Source: Candidatus Parcubacteria bacterium
GTDB lineage: Bacteria > Patescibacteriota > Patescibacteriia > UBA1558 > GWA2-36-10
Direction of reading: 5' to 3'
Assembly (NCBI GenBank): GCA_018669975.1
Contig: JABHSK010000001.1
Coordinates: forward strand, 152,394-216,393
DNA: 64,000 bases
In this document: in pieces, positions 36,344-47,382 of the stretch
Layout: each line of letters opens with the position of its first letter
Numbering within the stretch: the stretch's first letter is position 1
The notes under the pieces: model-generated
Told to the model about the DNA's origin: nothing
The model's input: the letters and a program-made list of their open reading frames with translations, nothing else
The model's database searches: none
Translations under genes and position numbers: made by a program

Positions 36344-39037
36344 CTACCTTCTTTTTCCTTTATAATACTTAATAAATATAGCCTTTATAACCTCTATCAA
36401 GGTGATAGTCACAAATATAACAAATAATATTACCTTCCACTCACCCCAAGTCAAAGGTACTGTCCTTAGAGCTCGATTAAAGAACGGTACATAGATTGCT
36501 ACTAATTGCATGCCTAGGCCAATAATAACCGCACCATTTAAATACTTATTTTTAAAAGGCTTTGCTTTCAAAATATTGCGATCCAAGCTCTTAATGCTAA
36601 AGACATAGAATAAAGTATCAATACCCAAGGCTGTAAAAGTAGCTGTCCTAGCTAAATCTTCGTTGCCTGTGGTTTGTAAAAAATACCAAAATATCCAGAG
36701 ACTGGTACTGGCAGATAAAAAGGTAATTACTATTGTCAAAAACCTACTTTCAAAATCAAATAATTGCTTATTACGAGCACGCAATTTTTTATTCATTATT
36801 TCCTCGTCCTCTGGCTCCATAGTCAAGGCTAAGGCTGGCAAACCATCGTTAACTAAATTTACCCACAATATCTGGGCAGCCAACAAAGGTAATGGTAGTC
36901 CTAAAAGTAAACTACCAACAATAATGGCTACCTCTGAAAAACTATCCGATAATAAATATAAAATGACTTTTTTAATATTACTAAAAATTACCCTACCCTG
37001 CTTGATAGACATTACAATAGTCTCAAAATTGTTATCCAACAAAACTAAATCTGCGGTTTCTTTAGCTACATCTGAACCACTACTGACAGCCACTCCAATA
37101 TCCGCTGCTTTAAGCGCCGGCGCATCGTTAACACCATCACCAGTCATAGAAACTGTCTCCCCTCTGTTTTGCCAGGCTTTAATAATCCTCAACTTATCAG
37201 CCGGCGTCACTCGAGCATACACTTTTATATTTTGTATACGGGAATCTAATTCCTTATCTGTCATCTTTAATAACTCATCACCAGTGACAACACTATCATT
37301 GCTGGCTGAGATTCCTAGATCCCTAGCAATTTTTTGAGCTGTGAATTTATTATCGCCAGTAATAATAACTGTCTTAATCCCAGCACGTAAAGTCTGACTG
37401 ATAGTAGCCTTGGCTTCGGGACGCAGAGGATCAGACAAACCCCAAATACCTATAAAAATAAAGTCTTGTGGGTTTTCTTTGCATTTATTAAACTCCTTGA
37501 AATCTTTAGCTACAAGTCTATAACCACCAGCCAAAACACGTAAACCACTTTTACTCAAGCTCTCCCATTGCTCTTGAAAATAACTATTGGCCGACTTGGT
37601 TAATTTAATAACTTTATTACCACTGAGATAAGAAGTAGAAAAGTTTAACATCTTTTCTGGAGCACCTTTAATAAAAATAATATCCCGTTTATCATCAAAG
37701 CTGTGCCTGGTCACCATAAATTTTCTCTGTGAATCAAAAGGTACCTCCTCTAGACGAGGAAATTCTTTATTCAAAGATTTTGCATTTACACCCTTGGCTC
37801 CATACAATAAAAGTGCTTTTTCTGTGGGACTACCAATTATCATCCAGTTATCAGAAAATTCTTCCGGATTTTGAACGACAGAATCATTACATAAAAAAGA
37901 TATCTTGGACATCATGTCTAGCTCCTTATCCACCTCTGTATCTCGAGATGAACCAACTGCTAAATCTATCCTATGTTTATGTGTCACTATTTGTGTCACT
38001 CTCATTTCTCCTTCGGTCAGCGTACCTGTTTTATCAGTACAAATAACTGTAGTTGACCCCAAAGTCTCAGCTGAAATAAGTCTCCGCACTAAACCATTAT
38101 TCTTTAAAATACGCTGCATGCCAACTGTCAAAATCATTGTCATACTAATAACTAAGCCCTCCGGAATGGCGGCTACAGCTACAGCCACGGCCACAGTAAA
38201 CATTTCTGCCCAAGGATGCCCCTGAACTATCCCTAAAACAAAAAGACCAAGAGCGACTATACCCACAAACTTAGTAATATTCTTGGCAAAGCTATCCAAT
38301 TTTTTCTGTAAAGGAGTCTTTTCTTCTTTAGTCTCTTTAAGCATGACAGTAATCTTACCCATCTCAGTAAAAAAACCAGTCCCAGTAACAACCGCTTGGG
38401 CACGACCCTCAACTACTAAGGTGCCCATGAAAACCATATTTTTTCTTTCAGCTAGAACTGTACCAACTGCTAAAGTATCTAAAGATTTTTTAACAGGCCA
38501 TGATTCTCCAGTCAAAGTAGCCTCATTAACCTCAAAATCATTAATAGATAAAAGCTTAGCGTCTGCTGGCACTCTATTGCCAGATTCCAATACAATAATA
38601 TCTCCAGGAACCAACAATCTTGATTCCACCCTCTGTTCATTGTTATCCCTAATGACTAAGCTCTCCTTCCGAACTACCTCGTTTAATTTTTCTAAAGATT
38701 GGTTAGCTTTATATTCCTGTATAAAACCAACTACCACATTGAGCATCACAGCTGCTAAAATAACATAAACATCTATAGTCTCTCCAAAAAATATAGAAAT
38801 AATTCCAGCAACTAATAAAACATAAACTAAGGCACTTTTAAATTGCCCTATGAATAAGCGCCAAAGAGAAAATTTTTCAGCCTTGGCCAACTCATTAGAA
38901 CCAAGCTTTCCCAAACGTTTTTCAACTTCTTTGGTGCTAAGACCCTTTTTAGTGGCATTTAATTTTTTGAGAACCTGCGTTGAACTCAAGGAATGCCAGA
39001 CGTGTTCTACTTTAGACATGTCTATATTATAACACAA
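36344..39037 (-). CDS. P-type cation-transporting ATPase (Ca2+/type IIA-like).
   Basis: DKTGTLT, TGDN, GDGVNDAPAL and ten transmembrane segments. Confidence 0.9.
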   Translation of the reverse strand: MCYNIDMSKVEHVWHSLSSTQVLKKLNATKKGLSTKEVEKRLGKLGSNELAKAEKFSLWRLFIGQFKSALVYVLLVAGIISIFFGETIDVYVILAAVMLNVVVGFIQEYKANQSLEKLNEVVRKESLVIRDNNEQRVESRLLVPGDIIVLESGNRVPADAKLLSINDFEVNEATLTGESWPVKKSLDTLAVGTVLAERKNMVFMGTLVVEGRAQAVVTGTGFFTEMGKITVMLKETKEEKTPLQKKLDSFAKNITKFVGIVALGLFVLGIVQGHPWAEMFTVAVAVAVAAIPEGLVISMTMILTVGMQRILKNNGLVRRLISAETLGSTTVICTDKTGTLTEGEMRVTQIVTHKHRIDLAVGSSRDTEVDKELDMMSKISFLCNDSVVQNPEEFSDNWMIIGSPTEKALLLYGAKGVNAKSLNKEFPRLEEVPFDSQRKFMVTRHSFDDKRDIIFIKGAPEKMLNFSTSYLSGNKVIKLTKSANSYFQEQWESLSKSGLRVLAGGYRLVAKDFKEFNKCKENPQDFIFIGIWGLSDPLRPEAKATISQTLRAGIKTVIITGDNKFTAQKIARDLGISASNDSVVTGDELLKMTDKELDSRIQNIKVYARVTPADKLRIIKAWQNRGETVSMTGDGVNDAPALKAADIGVAVSSGSDVAKETADLVLLDNNFETIVMSIKQGRVIFSNIKKVILYLLSDSFSEVAIIVGSLLLGLPLPLLAAQILWVNLVNDGLPALALTMEPEDEEIMNKKLRARNKQLFDFESRFLTIVITFLSASTSLWIFWYFLQTTGNEDLARTATFTALGIDTLFYVFSIKSLDRNILKAKPFKNKYLNGAVIIGLGMQLVAIYVPFFNRALRTVPLTWGEWKVILFVIFVTITLIEVIKAIFIKYYKGKRR

Positions 39038-39099
39038 ATAAACGGTCTATATAAATTAAAACTTGAGTTTTATAGAATTTAGGGTAAAATTAATACCAT

Positions 39100-40917
39100 A
39101 TGAAAACAATAAACAAGCTTAAACAAACAATTAGCAATAACATCAAGTCTATTCTTGATATAAATTTAAGTATTGATACATTTAACTTAGATTTACCGCC
39201 AAACGAAAAAATGGGTGATTATGCTTTTCCCTGTTTTGATTTAGCTAAAAAACTAAAAAAAAGCCCTACTGAAGTATCATCACAACTAGCAGCTGAATTT
39301 AAAATTGGTGGCCTTATTAAACAAACAAAAAATATCGGCCCTTATCTTAATATATTTGTTAGCAATACCTTTCTACAAGACAGTCTAATAGAAATATCCA
39401 AAGATAAAAACTTTGGTAAATCAAAAATAGGCCAAGGGCAAAAAATACTAATTGAATTTTCTGGACCAAATACCAACAAACCACAGCACATTGGACATGT
39501 TCGCAATGATTGCCTCGGGCAATCACTAGTAAACATCTATAAAACGAGTGGTTACAAAACAGTGGCAGTCAACATTATCAATGACCGTGGCATTCATATA
39601 GTCAAAAGTATGTTGACCTGGCAAAAATTTGCCGATGGTGAAACACCAAAATCTGCTGACATGAAAGGTGATCACTTGGTTGGTAAATATTATGTAAAAT
39701 TTGGTCAACTATTAAAAGAGGAGCAAGATAAATATTTTTCCGACAAAAATATCAACTTGGCTGACTTACCTAATTTAGAAAAAAAACAAGCTGAAGAAGA
39801 ATTTTTACAACAATCACCTTTAATGGAAGAATCTCGGAAGATGCTCATTGCCTGGGAAAACAATGATCCTGCAGTAAGAAAACTCTGGAAAATGATGAAT
39901 GACTGGGTCTATGTTGGTTATGACAAAACCTACAAAGATTTAGGTATTGAATTTGATCATTTAGATTTTGAGAGTGAAAATTATCTTTTAGGCAAAGATA
40001 TAATAGAAGAAGGTTTAAAGAAAAAAATATTCTTTAAAAAAGAAGATGGCTCTGTTTGGATAGACCTAAGTGACGAAGGTTTGGATGAAAAACTCGTTTT
40101 GAGAAGTGACGGCACTTCAGTATATATCACCCAAGACCTGGGCACTGCTCACGCGCGTTATAAAAAATTTAAATTTGATAGGTTAATTTATGTAGTTGCC
40201 AATGAACAAGACTACCACTTCAAGGTTTTGTTTTTAATACTAAAAAAACTGGGCTATAGCTGGGCTGACAGCCTACACCACCTATCCTATGGAATGTTTT
40301 CTCTGCCTGGTGGTAAAATAAAATCTCGTGAAGGCAAGACGGCTGATGCAGATGAATTAATTGCTACTATGATAGCTCAAGCCAAAGACATTATATCCAA
40401 AGCTGAAAAAAAGGTAGCTACCTCTGAAAAAGAAAAAGAAAAAATAGCTAGGATCGTAGGTCTGGGTGCTTTAAAATTCTTTATACTGGGCACTAATCCA
40501 CAAAAAAACATTGTTTTCAAGCCCGAAGAATCAATATCATTTGATGGCTATACTGGCACTTTTGTACAATACACACATGCTAGAATATCAACCATGCTAA
40601 ACAAAGCTGGAAAAATATCACCAAATGCTAAAGTAGCATCAATTGATTTTAATTCTGAAGAAAAAAAATTAGTTAAAACACTACTTGAGTTTCCTCAAAA
40701 AATAATATTATCAGCCAACGATTACAATCCATCCATCTTAACCCAGTATCTCTTCGATTTAGCTAAAACCTATAATAATTTCTATCAACACCACCAAGTC
40801 ATCAATGTTGATAGCAAAAAAATAAAACAAGCTAGGTTAAGTATTTCCCTACAAACAAAAAACACCCTAACAAAAGGACTGGCTCTACTTGGTATTGAAG
40901 CACCAGAGGTAATGTAA
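39100..40917 (+). CDS. argS: Arginyl-tRNA synthetase.
   Basis: Class I HIGH (PQHIGHVRN) and the ArgRS anticodon-binding C-terminus. A terminator lies at ~40930-40958. Confidence 0.9.
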   Translation: MKTINKLKQTISNNIKSILDINLSIDTFNLDLPPNEKMGDYAFPCFDLAKKLKKSPTEVSSQLAAEFKIGGLIKQTKNIGPYLNIFVSNTFLQDSLIEISKDKNFGKSKIGQGQKILIEFSGPNTNKPQHIGHVRNDCLGQSLVNIYKTSGYKTVAVNIINDRGIHIVKSMLTWQKFADGETPKSADMKGDHLVGKYYVKFGQLLKEEQDKYFSDKNINLADLPNLEKKQAEEEFLQQSPLMEESRKMLIAWENNDPAVRKLWKMMNDWVYVGYDKTYKDLGIEFDHLDFESENYLLGKDIIEEGLKKKIFFKKEDGSVWIDLSDEGLDEKLVLRSDGTSVYITQDLGTAHARYKKFKFDRLIYVVANEQDYHFKVLFLILKKLGYSWADSLHHLSYGMFSLPGGKIKSREGKTADADELIATMIAQAKDIISKAEKKVATSEKEKEKIARIVGLGALKFFILGTNPQKNIVFKPEESISFDGYTGTFVQYTHARISTMLNKAGKISPNAKVASIDFNSEEKKLVKTLLEFPQKIILSANDYNPSILTQYLFDLAKTYNNFYQHHQVINVDSKKIKQARLSISLQTKNTLTKGLALLGIEAPEVM

Positions 40918-41018
40918 ATATATTTTAATACGTCCCGCATATAGCGGGACGTTTTTTTAATAAATAAAAAACTCCCAACCAGTGGCTGGGAGCCATATGT
41001 TTGATACAAGTAAAAAAC

Positions 41019-42353
41019 CTAGTTAGCGACACGGGATTCCAATAACCCCGGAAATCTACCTTCAATCTCTTTACGCCAAGTGGCTGCATTACCAGAAAAA
41101 CCAATCTTTTCCAACAACTGACTACCTTCTAACCAAGCTAGATAATTCTCTCTATTCCTATGAATGGCTTCCAAACAGCAGCTAATAGCTACTCCTATAT
41201 TTCCAAAGTGCAGCTGACATTGAGCCAAGCCAAGCCAAGCATACGAATAGTCACGATTTATATCTAAAGCAGCATCAAAAAATGTTTTGGCTTTGTGCAC
41301 CTTACCGGTAAACAATGCCAATTCACCCAAATACCTAAGCAGATGCTCACGCTTGCTTTCATAGCTATCCAATAATTTAATATCGGCATATAACCCCTCA
41401 GTTAACAGCTGTGCCTCTGGATGCATAGGATCTCTGATGCATTGACGCAAATAGTTGACGCCAACTGCCGCATATTGTAACAAAACAGAACGGTCATTTG
41501 GATAATACTTACGAGCATCTATAATCATTTGCCAGGCCAAACTAGCCTGACCAGCAGTCACATAACAAGCTGACAGCTTAATCATTAAATCTGACAAATA
41601 ATCTAGCTGCTCTCTTTTTTCTGGAACCACAGTTAAGACTTTCTGCCAAGCCTTTTCTAGACTAAGCAAACTAAGATTAAGACTATTGATTGGCAAAACC
41701 TCGCCTTCTACTGAGACAAGGAATTCACAAGCAACGGCATAATCAAAGTAGGGGCTGCCTGGATTGTCAATAATTGCCTTGCGCAATATCTGAACAATAT
41801 GAGCTCGATCGTTGGAAATTCCAACTACCTTATCGGTATCATGTAAGATGGTAGCTATATCAGTATCTTCAATCTTCAATTTTTCCTCATTAGCCCATCT
41901 AAGCAATGAAGGGGCTACTTTTTCTCGGACTCGATACCGATATCTGACTTTCTTGTGATTACGGAACAAACGAACTGTCTCCGCACCTACAATGGGCTCA
42001 CCAGCATCAAGAGAAACGACATTGATATTATAACCAGCCACATCATCCTCCAAAAGCCGCTGAAACTGATTTGGAGATATGGGTGTTAACCTTTCATTGG
42101 GATTAAGCACTAATATCCAATCACAGCTAGCCTCTGCTATTGCCATATTCCTGGCCTTAGCATAATTATCCTTAAAATCAAAATCAATAACTCTAGCACC
42201 ATAACCTTCGGCTACAAGCCTAGTATTATCGTTTGAACCTAGATCCACGACTATAATTTCATCTGTTATGGCCAACGCTGACTTGAGGGACATACCAATG
42301 TCACTCTCGTCATTATAGCAGATCATGCAAAAAGACACGGTCTTACGTTTCAC
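41019..42353 (-). CDS. Family-2 glycosyltransferase fused to C-terminal TPR repeats.
   Basis: The GT2 region reads ICYNDESDIG...VVDLGSNDNT. The probable start is a GTG preceded by aaggagg; the listed ORF extends to 42443. Confidence 0.7.
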   Translation of the reverse strand: MKRKTVSFCMICYNDESDIGMSLKSALAITDEIIVVDLGSNDNTRLVAEGYGARVIDFDFKDNYAKARNMAIAEASCDWILVLNPNERLTPISPNQFQRLLEDDVAGYNINVVSLDAGEPIVGAETVRLFRNHKKVRYRYRVREKVAPSLLRWANEEKLKIEDTDIATILHDTDKVVGISNDRAHIVQILRKAIIDNPGSPYFDYAVACEFLVSVEGEVLPINSLNLSLLSLEKAWQKVLTVVPEKREQLDYLSDLMIKLSACYVTAGQASLAWQMIIDARKYYPNDRSVLLQYAAVGVNYLRQCIRDPMHPEAQLLTEGLYADIKLLDSYESKREHLLRYLGELALFTGKVHKAKTFFDAALDINRDYSYAWLGLAQCQLHFGNIGVAISCCLEAIHRNRENYLAWLEGSQLLEKIGFSGNAATWRKEIEGRFPGLLESRVAN

Positions 42354-42550
42354 AACTACCTCCTTGTTGCGACTTGTATCATTTATATTATTTAAAGGAA
42401 CTTGGACGATTTTGTATAGTAACATAAAATACAAAAAAATCAATGCATATAAAAAGTATTTAATAAATCATCTTTTTTGCCTAAATCTAAATCTTTGTCT
42501 TGACTTTTTGCAAAAAATACCATATAATAATCTTCGTATTTTCATAATTT

Positions 42551-42627
42551 GCGCCTATAGCTCAGCCTGGTAGAGCAGTTGCCTTTTAAGCAAACGGTCG
42601 GGGGTTCGAATCCCTCTGGGCGCACCA
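42551..42627 (+). tRNA. tRNA-Lys (anticodon TTT).
   Basis: Acceptor gcgccta/tgggcgc, anticodon loop ctTTTaa, T-loop ttcgaat and CCA encoded. Confidence 0.9.
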
Positions 42628-42735
42628 GATATCACAACACTCTAGTGTTGTTTTTTTATTGACAAAAAACACTAAAAATATTAAGGTAAAGCGTCATAAT
42701 ATAGTTCTTCAAAACTAAATAAGGAGGTAAAAACA

Positions 42736-43218
42736 ATGAGCCAAAGACACGAAATACTAGGTGGTTATTTTCCTTACTGTCAATTCTGTCTCCACGATGG
42801 TAGTTGTGCATTAAGGCACTGTGACTTCCTAGAAAAATCTAACTGCCATGGAATAGATAACTCTATTCCTTATAGAGGCCATGAAGATTTTATCTGGCTA
42901 TTCAGCATATTCCAAGCCAATAGCACACGAGGTTCTTGCTCGGGTCGCATATCTCAAACAAACAGTCCATTCTACCCCCTGCAATGTTCTTGTGGCACTG
43001 TCATCAACTCTTTGAGTCTAAGCAGTTTAATGGGTGGACATGCCTGCCAAAAATTTACTCCCAATGCTAGTGGTCAATTACGTTTGGCAACTGCCCAAGA
43101 AATAGCTGCCCGTCGACAAGCTAACCCCGAAAAGGACGTGCTTACTGAAGTCGAACTCAGTGAATTAGAACAACGCTGTCCTTTTGACCAGAACTACCAA
43201 TCAGCCATGTTGCTATAA
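42736..43218 (+). CDS. Cys-rich hypothetical protein.
   Basis: AGGAGG RBS and 14 Cys residues (CQFCLHDGSCALRHC..., CSCGT...) in an elevated-GC block after tRNA-Lys. Confidence 0.5.
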   Translation: MSQRHEILGGYFPYCQFCLHDGSCALRHCDFLEKSNCHGIDNSIPYRGHEDFIWLFSIFQANSTRGSCSGRISQTNSPFYPLQCSCGTVINSLSLSSLMGGHACQKFTPNASGQLRLATAQEIAARRQANPEKDVLTEVELSELEQRCPFDQNYQSAMLL

Positions 43219-43234
43219 AACAAGGAGGTGAAAA

Positions 43235-44326
43235 ATGGCGCGTCGCTACAAACGACCAGCTGATGCCTGGGAAAAATGGAGCGCTTCTAAACTGGACGCA
43301 GCCTGTGGCTGCCCTCTACGTTGTTTTCTCGAATACATCATGCGTATCCGCAAGGATCGTTTCCCAGTGACAGTGTTTGGCTCAGCCATGCACTATATGT
43401 TTCAGCGTTTCTTTACGCCGCATAAATCCAGCGGTAATTATCCCTATCAAACTGTAGAAAAGTTTCTCGGAGCCTGGAAAGGTTTTTGGTGGACAGCTGT
43501 CCAAGGTAAACATGGCTTCTCTAGTATGGGTTCTGACCCAGAAGATGTTCCTTGGCGTGATACCGATCAACAAGGCCAGCTCTTTGGAGCTGGTTGGAAT
43601 ATCCTTAAGCGCTTTTTTGAGGAGCACCACGCTATGCGTATAGATGGTAATCAACGTTTTATTGAAAAACGATTTACCTTTGAGTGGCAAGGTCTCAAAC
43701 TAACCGGCGTATTAGATCGTCTAGATCTTTTACCTGACGGAGCTGTTATATTAGACTACAAAGGTCACTCTTTTCGACCACACGATGTAGAAACTGGTTT
43801 GCAGATGACTATCTACCAATTGGCCTATGAACAACATTTCCGTAGGCAGTTTGCTGATGGAAAACCATTAAAAGATATACAGATCTACAATTATCGCAAT
43901 GGCGTAACACAACCACTACCCATTCGTCAAAATTACGAGATTGGCCTATTACTCTATTACCTGACTGAGGGTTATGAATATTACCGGGCCATCTTGACTG
44001 GACATCCAGTCCGTCGAGAAATTATCAAGCGCTTCTGGTTTTTTCCAGAAGACGACATCAACACTGGTAATATTACCCCACACCTACCGCGAGGATCGCA
44101 TTGTACTTGGTGTGAAAACTTCAAGTTATGTCGAGCCTGGGAATTGGGCGATCATGAAACTCCGCAAGCTATGTTTGCTAGTAAATTCCAACAGGAAGAC
44201 GCTCAACGTGGCCCAGAAGTTATTACCATGCCTTTTACTCAGGAGCGTATTTTCCAAGTCGGCTGCACTAGCTTTGACTTAATCAAGCAAGTAGCACATG
44301 TCAGACAAGGCGATTTGTTTACCTAA
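43235..44326 (+). CDS. PD-(D/E)xK nuclease of the Cas4/RecB (DUF83) family with an Fe-S-type Cys cluster.
   Basis: N-terminal Cys; VLDRLDL...ILDYK (motifs II/III); QMTIYQLAY (QxxxY); C-terminal CTWCENFKLC (C-x2-C-x5-C). AGGAGG RBS. Confidence 0.6.
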   Translation: MARRYKRPADAWEKWSASKLDAACGCPLRCFLEYIMRIRKDRFPVTVFGSAMHYMFQRFFTPHKSSGNYPYQTVEKFLGAWKGFWWTAVQGKHGFSSMGSDPEDVPWRDTDQQGQLFGAGWNILKRFFEEHHAMRIDGNQRFIEKRFTFEWQGLKLTGVLDRLDLLPDGAVILDYKGHSFRPHDVETGLQMTIYQLAYEQHFRRQFADGKPLKDIQIYNYRNGVTQPLPIRQNYEIGLLLYYLTEGYEYYRAILTGHPVRREIIKRFWFFPEDDINTGNITPHLPRGSHCTWCENFKLCRAWELGDHETPQAMFASKFQQEDAQRGPEVITMPFTQERIFQVGCTSFDLIKQVAHVRQGDLFT

Positions 44327-44453
44327 AAACCTCTAAATATCCTCGGCTCTAGTACACCTAGAGCCGTTTTTTATTTTGTTGAAAAACTGTCCATAAACAG
44401 CCTTGAAAAATAAACAAAAATGAGTTAAGCTGATTTTACGTGATATATAACCC

Positions 44454-45914
44454 ATGTCCAGAATACCCCCACAAAATCTAGAGGCTGAAGCCAGTTTATT
44501 AGGCGCTTTAATGTTAGATAAAGATGCTATCATTAAAATTGGCGATGCTTTGAGCACAAGTGATTTCTACAAAGATGCTCACGGTCTGATTTATCAGGCT
44601 ATTTTAGATTTATTTGAAAAACATGATCCAATAGACAGTTTATCTATTGGTAATAGATTAGGTGAAAAAAAACAGCTAGAGAATGTTGGTGGTAAATCAT
44701 ACCTAGCAGAATTAACCGCCTCTGTGCCAAACTCATCTCATGTTTTATCCTATGCTAAAATTATCCGCAAAAAGTCTACTCTAAGGAAACTAGAGCAAGC
44801 TGCGGCCGAAATTAGTGAGTATAGTTTTTCTGAATCAGAAGAAGTAGAAAAATTACTCGATAAAGCTGAGCAAAAACTATTTTCAATCTCTCAAGAATCT
44901 ATCAAGAAAAACTTCATTCCCATTAAAAGTGTTTTAACTGATACTTTTAATCGTATTGATGAATTACATAAAAATGGTGGCCAAGGTACTCGTGGTATTC
45001 CAACTGGATATACTGACTTAGACAAGCTACTATCTGGTATGCAAAAATCTGATTTAGTTATATTGGCAGCCAGGCCATCCTTGGGTAAAACCACCCTTGC
45101 CTTGGACTTAGTTCGTAATATAGCCATCAAGGCCAAGGTGCCGGTTGGTATCTTTTCTTTAGAGATGTCTAAAGAACAATTGGTGGATAGATTTCTAGCA
45201 GCTGAGGCTGGTGTAGATCTATGGCGTATGAGAACTGGTAAGCTGTCCGACAGAGAAGAAGATGATGATTTTCCACGTATTGGTCGAGCTATGGGCGTAT
45301 TATCCGACGCACCAATATTCATTGATGACTCACCCAATGCCAATGTTATGGAAATCCGTACTAAAGCTCGTCGTCTAAAAATGGAACATAATTTAGGCTT
45401 TTTGGTTATTGATTACTTACAACTTATGGATGGTGGTAGTCGAACTGAAAATCGCGTCCAGGAAATTTCTGAAATATCAAGATCTTTAAAACAGATTGCC
45501 AGAGAATTAGATATACCAGTATTAGCTCTATCACAGTTGTCTAGAGCAGTAGAAAACAGAAGTCCAGCTATTCCTAAATTAGCTGACCTGAGAGAATCTG
45601 GCTCTATCGAACAAGATGCTGACATTGTTATGTTTATCTATAGAAAAGCAAAGGATAAGAGTCGAGAATGCCCAGAAGAAGAAAAAGCTCTAGCTGAAAT
45701 TCACATAGACAAACATCGTAACGGGCCAACTGGTATTGTTAGATTATTCTTTGATGAAAATAGAGTCTGCTTTAAAAACCTAGATCCTGGCTATCAGGAT
45801 TCCACTCCACCACCAATGACTACCGATGAAATGCCTATTCCTAACCCTGGTGGTCAAGCACCTCCTGATGGTAAGACATCTAAAGGAAAAGTGGGTTGGC
45901 AGAACATGTCTTAA
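44454..45914 (+). CDS. dnaB: Replicative DNA helicase.
   Basis: PQNLEAEASLLGALMLD, Walker A ARPSLGKTT and the DnaB C-terminal RecA fold. Confidence 0.9.
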   Translation: MSRIPPQNLEAEASLLGALMLDKDAIIKIGDALSTSDFYKDAHGLIYQAILDLFEKHDPIDSLSIGNRLGEKKQLENVGGKSYLAELTASVPNSSHVLSYAKIIRKKSTLRKLEQAAAEISEYSFSESEEVEKLLDKAEQKLFSISQESIKKNFIPIKSVLTDTFNRIDELHKNGGQGTRGIPTGYTDLDKLLSGMQKSDLVILAARPSLGKTTLALDLVRNIAIKAKVPVGIFSLEMSKEQLVDRFLAAEAGVDLWRMRTGKLSDREEDDDFPRIGRAMGVLSDAPIFIDDSPNANVMEIRTKARRLKMEHNLGFLVIDYLQLMDGGSRTENRVQEISEISRSLKQIARELDIPVLALSQLSRAVENRSPAIPKLADLRESGSIEQDADIVMFIYRKAKDKSRECPEEEKALAEIHIDKHRNGPTGIVRLFFDENRVCFKNLDPGYQDSTPPPMTTDEMPIPNPGGQAPPDGKTSKGKVGWQNMS

Positions 45915-45950
45915 AATATTAATTTAAAAAAATAATTAAAAAAATAAAAA

Positions 45951-46241
45951 ATGTTTAACAAACTCAAACAATACAACGACCTACGCAAACAAGCTAGCAC
46001 CCTTAAAAATGCTATGGCCGACGAAAGTGTAGAAGTCGAAAATTCTGCCGTCAAAATCATCATGGATGGCAATCAGGATATAAAGTCTCTAGATATTAAA
46101 GAAGATTTTATGCGTCCAGAAAAGAAAAAAGAATTGGAAAAGAAAATCATGGATGGCATCGGTGATGCTATAAAAAAAGTACAGCGTAAAATGGCCATGA
46201 AAATGCAAAAAATGGGTGGCCTAGATAATTTCATGAAATAA
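45951..46241 (+). CDS. ybaB: Nucleoid-associated protein YbaB/EbfC family.
   Basis: 96 aa; C-terminal MQKMGGLDNFMK; the conserved dnaX-ybaB-recR type neighbourhood. Confidence 0.75.
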   Translation: MFNKLKQYNDLRKQASTLKNAMADESVEVENSAVKIIMDGNQDIKSLDIKEDFMRPEKKKELEKKIMDGIGDAIKKVQRKMAMKMQKMGGLDNFMK

Positions 46242-46837
46242 TGAAGCATCTACCAGATTTTATACAACGATTAATAGTTGAATTTGATAAACTGCCTGGT
46301 ATTGGCCCGAAAACTGCTACCAGGCTAGTTTTTAATTTGTTACATAGACATGATGACATAAAAAGTCTGGCTAATGCCCTCAATGAAGCACATCAAAATA
46401 TCCATTTTTGTCCGGAGTGCTACAATCTTACCGATGATGGACTATGTAGTATTTGCAACAATCCACAAAGAGATAAAAAAACTATCTGTATAGTAGCCCA
46501 CAACCAAGATGTTGAAGCTGTAGAAAAAACTGGAGACTTTGAAGGAGTCTATCATTTGCTAAATGGTTTACTTAGCCCCTTAGAAGGCATAACACCTGAC
46601 AAGCTTAAGATAACAGAATTGACTTCCCGTATAAAAAATAACGGCGTTAAAGAAATAATCTTAGCTTTAGACCAAAGCATGGAAGGTGAAGCGACCACTA
46701 TTTATATCTCAAAATTGCTGGCCGAATATTCCGTGACCGTCAGTAGACTAGCTCGCGGTATACCCATGGGCGCCAACATTGAATATACTGATGAGGTAAC
46801 TTTATCCTCGGCAATTAAAAATAGAAAAAAATTATAA
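46241..46837 (+). CDS. recR: Recombination protein RecR.
   Basis: HhH, C4 zinc finger CPECYNLTDDGLCSIC and Toprim. A terminator lies at ~46838-46875. Confidence 0.9.
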   Translation: MKHLPDFIQRLIVEFDKLPGIGPKTATRLVFNLLHRHDDIKSLANALNEAHQNIHFCPECYNLTDDGLCSICNNPQRDKKTICIVAHNQDVEAVEKTGDFEGVYHLLNGLLSPLEGITPDKLKITELTSRIKNNGVKEIILALDQSMEGEATTIYISKLLAEYSVTVSRLARGIPMGANIEYTDEVTLSSAIKNRKKL

Positions 46838-46871
46838 AAAGAGCGACGTCGTATGACGTCGCTTTTATATT

Positions 46872-47273
46872 TTAGATAAGACCAGATTGCCACCTCTGAA
46901 CCTTTTTATAGCCAAACAGCCACCAACGATTCCTAGCTGACATTGCCTGCAAAGAAGTGAGTAATGCTGTCCTATCAGCGACTTGCTCACGCCAAGCTAT
47001 ACAATGTTCCGTACCTCGCCAGGTGCGAACTTGCCAATAAATATGCGGAAAACCTATTTCTTCGACAATTGCCCGTATAATAGTTGCACACCTGTGATCC
47101 ATATATAAGGTAAGACGATCCTCGCTACCAACCATAGCAAATTTGACTCTACTACCATTTTCTAATAATTCAGCGTTTAATCTTCTATAACACATAGCTG
47201 CCCACCTATGATCTTCTTCTTCAAATTCTATTTGGGGTATTAAAATAACTGCATTATAAGTCTTGAGAAGCAT
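46872..47273 (-). CDS. Hypothetical protein (orphan with elevated GC).
   Basis: Its own TTGACT-N17-TAATAT promoter and aaggag RBS on the minus strand. No domain recognised. Confidence 0.45.
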   Translation of the reverse strand: MLLKTYNAVILIPQIEFEEEDHRWAAMCYRRLNAELLENGSRVKFAMVGSEDRLTLYMDHRCATIIRAIVEEIGFPHIYWQVRTWRGTEHCIAWREQVADRTALLTSLQAMSARNRWWLFGYKKVQRWQSGLI

Positions 47274-47382
47274 CTTATACTCCTTATCATTACTGTTAAA
47301 AAGTACACGTGAACATTAATAGATATTAAAATATAAAATTACAAAAGTCAAACAAAAAACCCGCACAAGCGGGATTTTTATA

